From Anthoceros angustus (lineage: Eukaryota; Plantae; Anthocerotophyta), in NCBI GenBank assembly GCA_010909165.1, contig MU008216.1, forward strand, positions 187,137 to 251,136: a DNA stretch of 64,000 nt. Direction: 5' to 3'. How positions within the stretch are numbered: the stretch's first letter is position 1; every line of letters starts with the position of its first letter. Shown in pieces: positions 1-12,485 of this stretch. The notes below the pieces were generated by a model, which was given only the letters and a program-made list of their open reading frames with translations, ran no database searches and was not told the origin of the DNA. Both the position numbers and the translations under genes were made by a program.

Positions 1-23
1 TAAACAAAGCAAACCATACATAC

Positions 24-1403
24 CATTTCCTTCCTCTCCAGTACGGCACCGCATTGACACTCGGCAGGCTCATGAAACACTTTTACATGCTTTTCTAACT
101 CCTCCCTGGTAAAAGCCTCGTGGCATCGTTCACAATGCACATGCTTGTACATCTCCTCTTTACGCAAGACCACCCCACATCCCGGATGACTACAGACCAC
201 ATTATGCCTCCAACAATACGCCTCATGCAATGATTTGGTCTGAATTGCCACCCATTGCTTACAGTTCCCACATTGCTCAACATTTGAGGAGCTTGGACCA
301 GCACTTGAACTGGAAGCTCTGCGCTGATCCGAAGCAAGCCTGTGCCCCTGTGGTTTTCCCTCTTTAGAGACTCTTGCCTCAACTTGAAGCTTGTACTTTG
401 CAGATCCTCGGAATCCATATACTCCTATACTGTAGGCACCAGCAGGTAAGGCTGTCTCCGAAGAGGTCAAACTGACGGTCTTGGAGCCCAAGTCATTACA
501 GGACCACTGATGTTGATGCTGCGTGGGAAACAGGGTCGGGTGAGCTGCGACATAAATATCAGCATCTGCATCCTGTCCTTCACCCTCCATTTCCATCTGC
601 AACGTGACAGTCAACTCCCCAGCAGCCACTGCCTCAGCTAGCTTTTGATCTACTACGAATGTGTAGTAATTGAATTTCGCCTCCTCCACAACACCAACAA
701 CAGGCTTCCCTACAGGGAGTGAAACCAGTCTGCTCTGCGAGCCTTTCCCAGAGCCGTCCGGCGGCAGGACATCAGCTTCCAAATCTGTCTCTAGAACGGA
801 AACTTGTCTACCAGGTTTCAACTCCAATATACGAAGGTTATAACTGAATCCACCGTGCTGTACAACTAGCAGGTCACCAACAGTAAGTGTCGTGTGCTGG
901 CGAAGCTTTGTTTCCAAAACAGCTTTATGATTGGAAACATGTCCGAAATCCAGGCCTTCAGGCTGTAACTTCGCGTACGTTCCCTTGGGGAGTCTGATGT
1001 ATCGAACCCTGACCAAAGGCTTCTCCTGTGTCTCAGACAGGCCCGAATTGAGCCACACGTGCGAAGGCAACTCCACAACCCCCTCTGGAGCCGTGAACTC
1101 CAGCACACCAGCGTGAGTCACCTTGCCGAAGTCTGCATCTCCCTCAATAGACGACCCCAGGTCACTCTCCGCCCTATCAGGTCCACCACTGGATCCACCA
1201 GGAGCTTCCTGCGGCTGCCTCGCTGCCGAGACCTCAAAGAACATAGGTCCTTTATCCAGAGCATTTTGGCCGGAAAGCTCCTGAAAAGCAGAAGTTGGCA
1301 GCCTGATTTTATCCCCGTCTCTGGTGCATGCCACGGCAGTCAGAATTTTTCTGAAAACGACACCATCCCCCTCCCGCACATCTTCTTCCTCCTGCTGTCG
1401 CGC
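24..1403 (-). CDS. UFD1-family protein with C-terminal TRAF-type zinc fingers (Arabidopsis At4g15420-like), exon 2; gene continues past the left window edge
   Basis: 1380-nt open frame, absent from the ORF track because it lacks its own start. Translates to DGDKIRLPTSAFQEL..KGPMFFEV..KVTHAGVLEFTAPEG..VRYIRLPKGTYAKLQP..HKAVLETKLRQHTTL..LELKP..VSVLETDLE (UFD1 domain), then CGNCKQW..HEAYCWRHNVVCSHPGC..HVHCERC..EKHVKVFHEPAECQCG (zinc fingers). Bounded by acceptor tgtgcAG (1404-1405) and donor GTatgt (23-22). Confidence 0.95.
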
Positions 1404-1574
1404 CTGCACAATTGCGTAAGTCAAATTTCGATCAAACAGCCAACCACAAGGCCATCAAGGCCGCAACTGAGCCACACAATGTGCCATCGGAAAGCCCTAA
1501 AGCCTGCTGAAAGACTTCCCAAACCCTGGCCAACCTATAGTCTCCAAGCACGCAACAAGCGGTATCATTCTTAC

Positions 1575-1757
1575 AGCTAAAGTCGCAGCAGCCTCATCCA
1601 AGCGCCTCTGCCGTTGCGCAACTTCTAAGGCCTGCTGCCGTGCAGCTGCCTCCTCCCTTGCCTTCCTTTCTCTCTCGATCCGCTGCCTGGCCTTTTCCTT
1701 CTTCTCATTTTGTTCACGTTCCCACTTCTCTTTTGCAGCCCGCAGTTCGTAATCCAT
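1575..1757 (-). CDS. UFD1-family (At4g15420-like) gene, exon 1
   Basis: MDYELRAAKEKWEREQNEKKEKARQRIERERKAREEAAARQQALE..RRLD matches the N-terminus of At4g15420-type proteins as recalled. GTAAGA donor follows codon 61, in phase with exon 2. Confidence 0.92.
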
Positions 1758-2429
1758 GCAGAGATGCTTCTAGCCCTTAGTACGATCTCCTATCCAACAC
1801 TGCCAGGAACTCCGATATGTGGCAGAAATGTGGGCAATCAGATCTGGAGTATGCGGCAACCTTCCGAGCCAGATTCAACAACAGAACGCGCTTCACCTAC
1901 TGCCGCTATAGAATCTTGGCACACAAAAGCCATTCCTTGGGGCCATCACAAGTGTAGAATCTTCGCCGATGACAAGGACAACCGATTCTAGGCTCCTTCG
2001 CAAACACCTGCATATCAATTCTAGAAGGATCCCGTCACTGCGGGCATCCTCCTCAGGAGGTAGATTAAGAAGTAAATGAGTTTTAAATATTAATTTTTAA
2101 GTTAGGATATTTACATAGTTAAAATACTACCTATTATTATCACATTATTATTTATATTATAAGGTATAATAATATATTAAATTCCTTAAAATACAGAACG
2201 TTGGAGGAAAGTGCGCACCAGAGGAATATGGAACGAGAAGACTTGGGAACAAATACGGTAGTTTTGGGGTCTAGCCCCCTTAGCCGGCCCTCTAGAAGGT
2301 TGTTCTCATGGCCCTGGTGCAGATGTTACTTCCCATCTCTACGTATTCATAAATTCTCCATGTTTATATGCTCAAAAAATATATTCTTGAATTTATCTAT
2401 ATATTATATTTTTAAAATAAATTTTATAT

Positions 2430-3110
2430 ATTTATATCACATATCTTTGTTTAGAGAGAGAGGACCAGAGACAATATAGATATGCACATATGGGGAAGTC
2501 CCATGTACAACAAGGGAATGTTGATATGCAAAGATGCATATGGGAAGTCCCACCTACACAAGGGAGTGGGGAAGAACCCACTGGAGTATCCCATTCCAGG
2601 GGACTAGCCCCCATGATTGTTTATTATGAAATTATCAATTGCCCCAAGATGTTGCAATTGGGAATAAGGAAGGGCCTACTCACCATCGGAGTTGAAGATG
2701 TTGCGTCTCTCACATTTAAAATTGTCCTAAAAATTGTGTTTGCCACTACCCTCTGCAAGGCAATAAAAGGACGTTGCCGAAAGAAAGTCACCACACAAGA
2801 TAGGGGGAGACATACCACCACACAAGATAGGGGAAGACATACCCCATTCTTATGGGTATGGTAGGCCCTAGCACAGCCCTTGGTAAACATCACAAAATCT
2901 TTGTCCATGGCCCCATGAGTCCCAATAGCAAGAGGAATGAACGCATGGCCTCCATGCATGGGGCTGTACTTGTGAGCCTTGGCATGCATCGCGCATCCCT
3001 CCGCCACCCAACCAAGAGGATTGATGATGACATGCTCGTTGACGGTATTTCGAGTAGGGTCTATTACAATCACATTTGCAATGGATACTTTTAGCAACGG
3101 GTGGGGTGCC
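2430..3110 (-). mobile_element. 3' fragment of a CRE-like non-LTR retrotransposon (restriction-like endonuclease, RLE, plus 3' UTR)
   Basis: ORF 2624-3097 IANVIVIDPT..KAHKY..FIPLAIGTHGAMDKDF..FFRQR..ALQR aligns with the RLE of the copy at 35655-36282. Both share the downstream sequence GGGGGCTAGTCCCCTGG. Confidence 0.85.
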
Positions 3111-3844
3111 TTGCAAGGATTGCATTAGGCAGTAGACACATGCGTACGAGACATAGTTAGAGGGAACTCACTATCATGCTGGCCTTTTTGACAAGACAAG
3201 CAGTAGTCCCAGTTAGAAGCAATATTAATATTTCAAAAGACAACAGTCTCCCATTAGACTTTCAACGAAAAGAGAAGTGGGTCTAGACAAGGCCAGTCCT
3301 GATGTCATCAGCAATGACGAGTACTTGGAAGAAAAGTGACTAGACTCCATAGCACGATGTGACTGGGAACATGTATTAGTCAAGCAACCTCAAAGTCACA
3401 AGCAGCGGAAAGGAAAGCGGAAAAAGAGGTAGACTTTCCAAGCCTGCATATCAGCAAGCAACGGGCATCACACTCACACTATAGAAAACAAGTTAGAGGT
3501 AGGAGGACAACTACCTTGTCTTCACAAGCCTATTTTATCACAGTAGTGAGCAAGGTAGTTTCCAACCTGCCCAATTCTCTAGATACGTGTGGGGTCAGCC
3601 TTATAGGCAATTTTCCCACCCGCTTCTAATAATATCCCTCCCTCCCTCATCAAATAAAACCTAGCTCAAATCTAGTTTTAGCACTAATACTAAAGAAAGA
3701 AAAATCTCCATTTTACGGTAAAAAAACCTCAATAACAAAGAAAACGTCTCGTGAGAAAACATTCGAAAAGAAAAAGCTAACATTAGGAGTCCTCACCTTT
3801 CTCCGCACCTTGCTTGGAACTCTAAAAGTCCTCATATAATAGGA

Positions 3845-4040
3845 CAATCTACAAGGATATGGAAACCTTGAAAACTCAGTAAGGGAAGAATTTTTACAAA
3901 ACCATTTGCCTTCTTGCATCTTTTTTATATATGTCTGCGGGATAATCTACAAGGATATGGAAACCTTGCCAAAACTTTGTTAAGGGAAGAATTTTTACAA
4001 AACTATTTGCCTTCTTACATTTTATATATATATATATATG
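3845..4040. repeat. ~95-bp direct duplication ending in a (TA)n tract
   Basis: ATCTACAAGGATATGGAAACCTTG..TAAGGGAAGAATTTTTACAAAAC..TTTGCCTTC occurs twice. Confidence 0.8.
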
Positions 4041-4204
4041 CGGAAACATATCACTAGAGAAAGATTTTACCTACTTCTATTTCCTTCCTAATATAATGGT
4101 AATAAATATCAATATGCTTGATAAATATATTTTTACCCGCTTTTATTACCTTTCTAATATAATGATGAAAAATATCAATATACCCGGATAATGAAATTCC
4201 ATTT

Positions 4205-4358
4205 AAGGCGAGAATCAATATTAATTTCATCATCATTAAAGCGAGAATCAATATTAAGCGAGAATCAATATTAATTTCATCATCATTTAAAGCGAGAATC
4301 AATATTAAGCGAGAATCAATATTAATTCCATTTAAAACGAGAATCAATATTAATTTCA
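4205..4358. repeat. Tandem repeat with 17-bp core GCGAGAATCAATATTAA (6 copies)
   Basis: Core seen six times, separated by 0 nt or by TTTCATCATCATT(T)AAA-type linkers. Confidence 0.9.
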
Positions 4359-4594
4359 TTTTTTTGAGGATAAAGTGAAGATTGACAAGGCATGGTACAT
4401 CTTGGGTGACCTGCAGTTCTTAAGCTATATGGAATGAGCCAATGATTGGGAAGATATTTCCACATTCGAATCGAGGTGAAGATAAGGGGAAGTTATCCAA
4501 TTACAAGCTCATTATATTGGAGCTTTGAGTGCAGGTGCTACGCAGTTACATGTGCAGGAGTTAATCTTATATATATTGGCTACTTGGAAGACAA

Positions 4595-4915
4595 GGCCCT
4601 AGATGTTACGGCTGAGTGTTGTGCCAGAGGTGTTGCGTTTGAATGCTAGGCCCTAGATGTTGCGGCTGAGTGTTATGCCCTAGGTGTTGCGGCTGATGCT
4701 AGGCCCTAGATGTTGCGGTTGAGTGTTATGCCCTAGATGTTGCGGTTGAGTGTTATGCCCTAGGCGTTGCGGCTGAATGCTAGGCCCTAGATGTTGCGAC
4801 TGAGTGCTATGCCCTAGGTGTTGCGGCCGTTGCTAGGCCCTAGATGTTTGCAATTGAGTGTTATGCCCCAGGTATTGCGTTTAAACATTGACTTCTGTGT
4901 TGTGAAGTTATGCCC
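4595..4915. repeat. ~27-28-bp minisatellite (GCCCTAGATGTTGCGGCTGAGTGTTAT and variants, ~11 units)
   Basis: Direct inspection; units are contiguous with no unique spacers. Confidence 0.9.
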
Positions 4916-5309
4916 TATGTGGTGTGGCTGATTGTTGCTTGAGATGGTGGCTGATTGTTGCCTGAGATGGTTCGGTTGATTGTGTGATTGTTGTGAGCTC
5001 TATTACATGTTCGTGAGTCCATTTTCATCTACAGTTGCTGCTTATCTGCTTTTCGGTTGGGCTTCTTTCCGGCTACAGGGGGATCTCCTGCCCCCGGCTT
5101 TTGGGTGCTGAGTTACAGGTGTGGGCGTTAGTTTGGTGGTTGGCAGTGGTCCTGTGGGTTGCACCCCCTCTTGGCTGGGGCCCTTTGGCCGGCCTTTTGG
5201 GGTTCGCCATACGGAGCTGTCGCACGAGGTAAGCACTTGAATTCATATAAGCACTTCCTCGACCAACAACCAAGCAAACAAATCTGATACGCAGATATAT
5301 AGGTGCAAC

Positions 5310-5387
5310 CAATTAGCATCGCCTAGCATCGCCTAGGGTAGCTTAGCATCACCTAGCATCGTCTAGCGTCACCTAGCATCGCCTTGC
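5310..5387. repeat. 10-bp CCTAGCATC(G/A) tandem array, same motif and orientation as the gypsy leader at 16150-16300
   Basis: cctagcatcg/cacctagcatcg/ctagcgtcacctagc units are shared with 16150-16300. Confidence 0.85.
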
Positions 5388-6253
5388 GGATACATGTTGG
5401 AGAATGTGCCAGCATGCATGAGCGGGAAGAAGCAAGTCCAGGAGGATTTTGGCATGATCCGAGGAGTGGGAAGGTCGATTGCTTGGGCAAGCATTTGACA
5501 TGGACATGATGACTGGTTGTTCACCGCTACCGAGTCGCTTACCAACTTGAAACCAAGAAGGCGGGGTTGAAGCAATGGGTTCGGTGGGTGAAGAACATTC
5601 TAGCACTATCTCAGAGAAGGCGAGTTTGGGCAAGCATTTGACATGGACATGATGACTGGTTGTTCACGAGTCGGGTACCAACGAAACCGAAGGCGGGGTT
5701 GAAGCGGTGGTTGTGGGTGAAGAACATTCTAGCACTCGCATCTCAACAGGAGAAGGCGAGTTTGGAGGGCAAGGAGAGTAAGCGCGTAGAAGAAGCGTGC
5801 AAGCCATCTGAGCCACAGTACCCTGCAACCTGCGATGACAAGGTCCACCGGTTGCCAAGACAACTCAAATGGGACAACCCTATCATCCGAACATCCATCG
5901 GCCACGGTAACCCTTCACCGACTCCACGTCGGAGGTTAGGTACTCCCCATCAAGTCCCTTACGCCTCGGCGCAATCCTTGCTTTTGGATCCGGGTCACAA
6001 TGCACGTATTAGATGATGCCACACTTCGACCGCCCGGTCAAGTGTGGCATCCAAAGAAGAGACTCCTAGGCCGCTGCGGCAAGCAAGGCGGCTAGGACAA
6101 TCGCCTCCTCCTCGCTGCAAGGGACCCGGCGACACTGCTGCTGGGAAGCTCGAGCCGACCAAGCGGGAGGCGCCCTCTTGGCTGGCAGTCTTGAGGACTA
6201 GGCGCGAGGCCATAATCGGGAGGACATGGGAGGTCCTCCATTGCGGCGCTTAG
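5388..6253 (+). pseudogene. Decayed C-terminal half of a retrotransposon-type C5 cytosine DNA methyltransferase (motifs VI, VIII, IX-X)
   Basis: GYMLENVPA..KKQVQEDFGMIRG (ENV motif VI at 5400-5408). cac cgc tac cga..acc aac ttg reads HRYR..(W)TNL (motif VIII-like), followed by VKNIL. Further on, KGPG.DTAAGKLEPT.RE and RREAIIGR (IX/X-like). Frameshifted, with an internal ~140-bp duplication. Confidence 0.65.
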
Positions 6254-6296
6254 CTTCCACAATTTCTCCCACGCGTGCCCCTCGCCACTGCAAGAG

Positions 6297-8210
6297 GGAG
6301 CTCGGGGCCTGACCTGGGCTGAGGCTATGTCTGACGGAGGGAGGTGAGGCCCTCACGGCCTCAATTTCCCTCGAGGTAACCACGATAAGGATGTGAAGAT
6401 TGTGAGCCTAGGCATGCAGCAGCCAGCTCTCCTATCTGATCGATGCAAGCATCTTGATGCGGTCATGAAGCGGATCGAGTGCGTGAATTCTGACTTGTTC
6501 CCACAGTCATGTTGTAAGCCGCTCTGATGAAGTGACACGGGTTTTGCTTCATCTGCTCCTACTCCCACTCGCTCTAAAGCTATCTAATTGCTTTGTGTCT
6601 TGACTGCGGGATCATCTTGAGGATTGAGGAGGATCTTGTTCCTCCGAAGATTACATGTGCGGTGAGGACTCCGATGCTACGAAGGCCTCCAGTCCTCCGA
6701 CTCGGAGAATCCAAAGGAAGAGTCCTCCAGACCCGAGAATCAGTGGGATTAGGTAGCAGGGCATGTAGGCTAGTTGGGGTTAGATAGGAAAGTTCCGGAC
6801 TCTCCTAACCCCGGACCTCGAACATGCTTCTCGTGCGCTCTTTTGAAAGAGCTTTCGTTAATATATCTGCGGGGTTTTCTTGTGTAGGCACATACTCCGG
6901 TTGCTTGACTAACCTTCCGCTTGCGTTTGGGATCGTGTTTGAGCTCGGGGCCTCACACGTGGGCTGAGGCTATGTCTGACGGAGGGAGGTGAGGCCCTCA
7001 CGGCCTCAATTTCCCTCGAGGTAACCACGATAAGGATGTGAAGATTGTGAGCCTAGGCACAGCAGCCAGCTCTCCTATCTGATCGATGCAAGCATCTTGA
7101 TGCGGTCATGAAGCGGATCGAGTGCGTGGTCTGACTTCTTGTTCCACTGGTCATGTTGTAAGCCGCCATGAAGTGACACGGGTTTTGCTTCATCTGCTCC
7201 TACTCCCACTCGCTCTAAAGCTATCTAATTGCTTTGTGTCTTGACTGCAGGATCATCTTGAGGATTGAGGAGGATCTTGTTCCTCCGAAGATTACATGTG
7301 CGGTGAGGACTCCGATGCTACGAAGGCCTCCAGTCCTCCGACTCGGAGAATCCAAAGGAAGAGTCCTCCAGACCCGAGAATCAGTGGGATTAGGTAGCAG
7401 GGCATGTAGGCTAGTTGGGGTTAGATAGGAAAGTTCCGGACTCTCCTAACCCCGGACCTCGAACATGCTTCTCGTGCGCTCTTTTGAAAGAGCTTTCGTT
7501 AATATATCTGCGGGGTTTTCTTGTGTAGGCACATACTCCGGTTGCTTGACTAACCTTCCGCTTGCGTTTGGGATCGTGTTTGAGCTCGGGGCCTCGACAC
7601 GTGGGCTGAGGCTATGTCTGACGGAGGAGGGAGGTGAGGCCCTCACGGCCTCGAATTTCCCTCGAGGTAACCATAAGGATGTGAAGATTGTGAGCCTAGG
7701 CAGCATGCAGCTCAGTCTCCTGACCGATGCAAGCATCTTGGGTCATGAAGCGGATCGAGTGCGTGGTCTGACTTCGTTCCCCGTCATGTTGTAAGCCGCT
7801 TGAGTGACCGGGTTTTGCTTCATCTGCTCCTACTCCCACTCGCTCTAAAGCTATCTAATTGCTTTGTGTCTTGACCGCAGGATCTCTTGAGGATTGAGGA
7901 GGATCTGTTCCTCCGAAGATTACATGTGCGTGAGGACTCCGATGCTACGAAGGCCTCCCTCCCTCCGACTCGGAGAATCCAAAGGAAGAGTCCTCCAGGG
8001 CCCGGCGATGGTGGGATTAGGTAGCAGGGCATGTAGGCTAGTTGGGGTTAGATAGGAAAGTTCCGGACTCTCCTAACCTCGAACATGCTTCTCGTGCGGC
8101 TCTTTTGAAAGAGCTTTCGTTAATATATCTGCGGGGTTTTCTTGTGTAGGCACATACTCCGGTTGCTTGACTAACCTTCCGCTTTTTGGGATCTTTGTTT
8201 GAGCTCGGGA
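6297..8210 (-). mobile_element. Tandem triplication (~640-bp unit) containing the Ty1/copia RNase H C-terminus and 3' region
   Basis: Units start at GAGCTCGGGG (~6297, ~6940, ~7581, ~8200). Minus-strand translation EYVPTQENPADILTKALSKE is the copia RNase H tail. Confidence 0.85.
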
Positions 8211-8329
8211 AGTGAGATCAAGATTACGGAAGTGAGATGAGGAGTCAAAGTGTGAGCTCCTCTTCACTCGAGAAGGTCACCAGAGGATCCTTCAACCTTA
8301 GCGACTAAGGATCTAAATACTCCTATGTG

Positions 8330-9568
8330 TTTTCGTGGAATCACCTCAATCGCCATTACACTAATGACATTTCGTCACGCATACGGGTCCTTCAACCTCT
8401 TCCGGATCTGCGGTGACATTTCAACATTTCAACATGCCTCTACATTTCGGATGTTACGACTAACCATGCTTCGTGAAATCCCTCAGATTGGTTTTTCAGC
8501 AATTACGGCATACTATGTAGATTATCGAGTGAAGGCCTATCGAAACTCTATACCTATTGCGTCTATTAGAAATTAGCTCGGTAGGCGAGGTACGCCTTGG
8601 CGCTCTGGATTGGCCATTTCATTAGGCGACTTTGTCTTGCTAATATGCAAGAACTCGCATATCATTGTATTACAAATCTTTATATGTAGCACATAATCAG
8701 TGATTGTCCTAGTGTATCTCCATTGGAATTGCAAGGCAATCCAAAGGAAGTACACTAGGATTCTAGATTCGCAGTTGCTATAAAATTTTCAACCGGTATA
8801 CTCCGGCCTAGGTTGAACTCACTACTCCAATGGAGTAGCGAGATTATACATGTCTGACCGGGCCCTTGATGAGTCGGCCAATTTTACCCCTAGTCTACCT
8901 AACATGCATATATAGCCCTACATGCAATATCTAGAAAAGCGAATTCCCATGGTTCAAGGAAGTTGCCTTCCTCGGCCCTCGAAATAGGTTTCTATCTACA
9001 TGCTACTTTTCCCAAGGACCAAGGAACATCCTTCCGAAACCCCAAGACCAAGGACTAGGTTTCTATCTACATACCATTTTCCCAAGGACCAAGGAACATC
9101 CTTCCCAAGACCAAGGACTCGAAATAGGCTTCTATCTACTTGCTACTTTTCCCAAGGACCAAGGAACATCATTCAAACCTCAAGACCAAGGACTTGAGTC
9201 TTCTTCCCAAACCCCAAAGACCAAGGACTTGAGTCCTACCTATTTGAATAGATAGGACTACGGACTCAGTAGCGGACTTGAGCGGCCACCGCTTCTCGGT
9301 GTGACCACACCACCGTCCTCCCATCACCACTTCCTAGGACTCCCCTCTTGTGCGTGGGAAACTAGGCGAGGTAAGAGGAGCTCTTGCTCGACATTCTGCA
9401 AGGAGTCCGGTGAGGTCCTCGGGTTAAACAACATGTTCAAGCCACTTGTTGGATGAGAAGCTTGTTTCTTTGAATATGCGGTGGGTCATTGTGCTTCTCC
9501 TTCCAAGTCGAGCTCTCGGAAAGCTGAGCACAGGAGGTGTGCCGGATTGGATATGGGAGTCGTGACAC
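8330..9568 (-). mobile_element. LTR-like remnant with internal ~57-bp CCAAGGACCAAGGAACATC tandem repeats (8980-9230)
   Basis: Minus strand begins TGTCACGACTCCC at 9568, a typical LTR start. The region is non-coding and repetitive; the other end could not be defined. Confidence 0.4.
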
Positions 9569-9589
9569 CTGTAACCATCAGGACGTTAT

Positions 9590-10660
9590 GTGAGTAGGGA
9601 AAGCTTATTGAGGCCGTTGGAGCTCTGTAAAATCTAGCGTAGATAGACTATTCTATTCCTCATTCCATCTTATATGTCGTGCTAAAACTTTGTGCAGATA
9701 AGAAGGACATGGTTGTGGGATGACGCGTTCATGATCTCACATCAAACTTGGAGTGCAGTCAATCACATACTTGGGGAACCATATCTTGCGGATGTATGTA
9801 TCCGGAGGTAGGCTACGGAGGGTGGGCAAACCAAATCCCTTCATGTGGTTTTCAATAATCTCACATGCTACACATGGGGAGCCTAATGAGGCGATACAAC
9901 TTTACTATGCGATGTGTCGCTCGTGTGAAGGCGGATGCCCACATCTTTGTAGCCCTTCAAGCTTGTGCATTTCTTTGTGGACACGGAATCTAGCGAAAAG
10001 TGCGGCATGATATGTTGCAGTGACATTCCACCGAACTTGTTTATTGCCAAGTACATGGTATGCATAGTATGGTGGTGGAAGGCAAACACGGTTTTCGATA
10101 GGTTAGGCGAGAAAGGATGTCGTGACATGGACGGCCACGATAGTTGGGTATGCAAATCATGGGCTTGGCCAAGAGGCGCTTGTTCTGTATGGACAAATGG
10201 AGAAGGAGGGCACGATTGTGGGCAACCATGTTACCTTTGCTTGCCTTTTGAAGGCATGTGCAAGCAGCAAGTGCCTTACTGAAGGCGGTGCACTCACAGT
10301 TGTGGAGAGGACTAGATAACACACTTGTGGGCACTTGCAGTGGACATGTAGGCAAAGTGTGGCGAAGTAGAAGATGCGCATCAAGTTTTTCAATGCTTGA
10401 GCCCAAAGGATGTGGTGACTTGGAATGCCACGATTCTTTGGGTATGGACAAAGGGCTTGGTCAAGAGGCGCTATTTTTGTATGGACGAATGCAAGGAGGG
10501 CTGCTTGTGGTGATGAGGTTACTTTTGCTTGCCTTTTGAAGGCATGTGCAAGCATTGGTGCCTTGAGAAGGCGGTGTGCACTCACGGCTTGTGCAAAGAG
10601 GACATTTGGATAGCTTGTGGGCGCTGGTGGACTGATGCCAAGATGCATGCCTCGTTTTGC
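9590..10660 (+). pseudogene. PLS-class pentatricopeptide repeat (PPR) gene, frameshifted
   Basis: YLGNHILRMY..KPNPFMWFSIISH..HGEPNEAIQLY; WTATIVGYANHGLGQEALVLYGQMEKEG..VTFACLLKAC; KDVVTWNA..GLGQEALFLYGRMQ..VTFACLLKACASIGAL. Multiple stops and frameshifts. Confidence 0.9.
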
Positions 10661-10715
10661 TTGGCTAGGAAAATTCTTACACCGACATTTACAATGCGCT
10701 GGCACTATTTATAAA

Positions 10716-12476
10716 TCGATAAATTTGTATAACATTTACAATGTATTTGCAATGAACATGCCACATCGGCAATTTCACTAATATATAGCCTCATAAATGA
10801 CATAAATCGGAAAAGGTCTCTTCCACATATTTACGGCATTTCGACAAGCATGCCACATCGCAATTTCACTAATATATAGCCTCATAAATGACATAAATCA
10901 GAAAAGGTCTCTTCCACATATTTACGGCATTTCGACAAGCATGCCACATCAAAATCTTACTAATATATAACCTCATAAATTACATAAATAAGGAAAAGGC
11001 ATGCCACATCGGCAATCTTACTAATATATAACCTCATAAATTACATAAATAAGGAAAAGGTCTCTTCCAAAATTTACAACGGCATTTGACAAACATGCCA
11101 CATCAGCAAATAATATATTTATTCATGGATATTGGCTGGCTTGTGCATTTTACAACCATAGTTACGCATGTGCCAGTAAATATACAATAAAATGAATAAT
11201 CCAATAATATAACATAAATTGGAGAAACCATTTTACAATGATATTTGCAATGAGCTTGCCATGTCAGCAAATAATAAATTTATTTATAGATATTTATATA
11301 AAATGGTTTTCATGCATTTTACAACCATAGCTACAATGCATGTGACACGTCGATAAATTTGTATAACATTTTACAATGTATTTGCAATGAACATGCCACA
11401 TCAGAATTTCACTAATATATAGCCTCATAAATGACATAAATCAGGAAAAGGTCTCTTCCACATATTTACAACGGCATTTCGACAAGCATGCCACATCGAA
11501 TCTTACTAATATATAACCTCATAAATTACATAAATAAGGAAAAGGCATGCCACATCGAATCTTACTAATATATAACCTCATAAATTACATAAATAAGGAA
11601 AAGGTCTCTTCCAAAATTTACAACGGCATTTATGACAAACATGCCACATCAAAATAATATATTTATTCATGGATATTGGCTGGCTTGTGCATTTTACAAC
11701 CATAGTTACGCATGTGCCACGTCAAGAATATACAATAAAATGAATAATCCAATAATATAACATAAATTGGAGAAACCATTTTACAATGATATTTGCAATG
11801 AGCTTGCCATGTCAAATAATAAATTTATTTATAGATATTTATATAAAATGGTTTTCATGCATTTTACAACCATAGCTACAATGCATGTGACACGTCAAGA
11901 ATACAAAAAAAAAGATAATCCCATAACTAACATAAATCCAGAGAAACATATTTACAACATCATTTGCAACGAACTTGCCACATCAGCAAATAATAAATCT
12001 ATTCATAGATATTCCAATAAATGGTATTATTCCAAAAATCAAGTCTTGCACAATTTACAACCACATCTACAACAAACATGGTTTACAACGTCTTTTACAA
12101 GTACCGTTTACAACATCCTTTATGCCACGTCATTATAAATTCAACAAAATGTAGTTTTATTAACAAATAACCCCCATAGTTTTCTAAATCAAAAGAGTTT
12201 ATGCACAATTAACAACGTCATGTACAACGAGCAAGCCATGTCAACAAACCCCGTTGTAAAATTTGTGTCAACATGCCATGTCAACAAATCCCGTTGTAAA
12301 ATTGTGTCAACATGCCATGTCAACAAACCCCCATTGTAAAATCCATGCCACATCATATTAGTTAGGAACCCTTGTTGTAAATGTTCAAAAACTTACAGGC
12401 TTTGAGTAGTAAGAGTGTTGTAGTTTCCTCTAACTAAACTTAGACCCATTTGTAAAGGTAGCCCCTCCTTGTAGTG
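10716..12476 (-). mobile_element. CACTA-type DNA transposon end with AT-rich subterminal repeats
   Basis: Minus strand at 12476 begins CACTACAAGG. Followed by CATGCCA(C/T)(A/G)TCA-containing tandem units (~30 bp at 12230-12350, ~95 bp at 10740-11100) and a ~600-bp duplication (10716-11350 / 11350-11890). No partner TIR or TSD found. Confidence 0.55.
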
Positions 12477-12485
12477 TTCCAAGTG

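Noticed and set aside
95-1580. Track ORFs 95-418, 866-1108, 931-1116 and 1059-1580
   Set aside because: Alternative-frame or antisense shadows of the UFD1-family exon 24-1403.
4595-4915. Possible CRISPR array
   Set aside because: Units are contiguous and all similar, with no unique spacers, no cas genes, and a eukaryotic context.
8700-8850. Hairpins (CCTAGTGTA..TACACTAGG; CTACTCC..GGAGTAG) as a second self-priming site
   Set aside because: No defined LTR end or PBS next to them, so the pairing geometry could not be established.
10703-10707. CACTA pentamer as the left TIR partner of 12476
   Set aside because: Matches only 5 nt of CACTACAAGG, and the 3-bp flanks (TGG vs TTC) are not a TSD.
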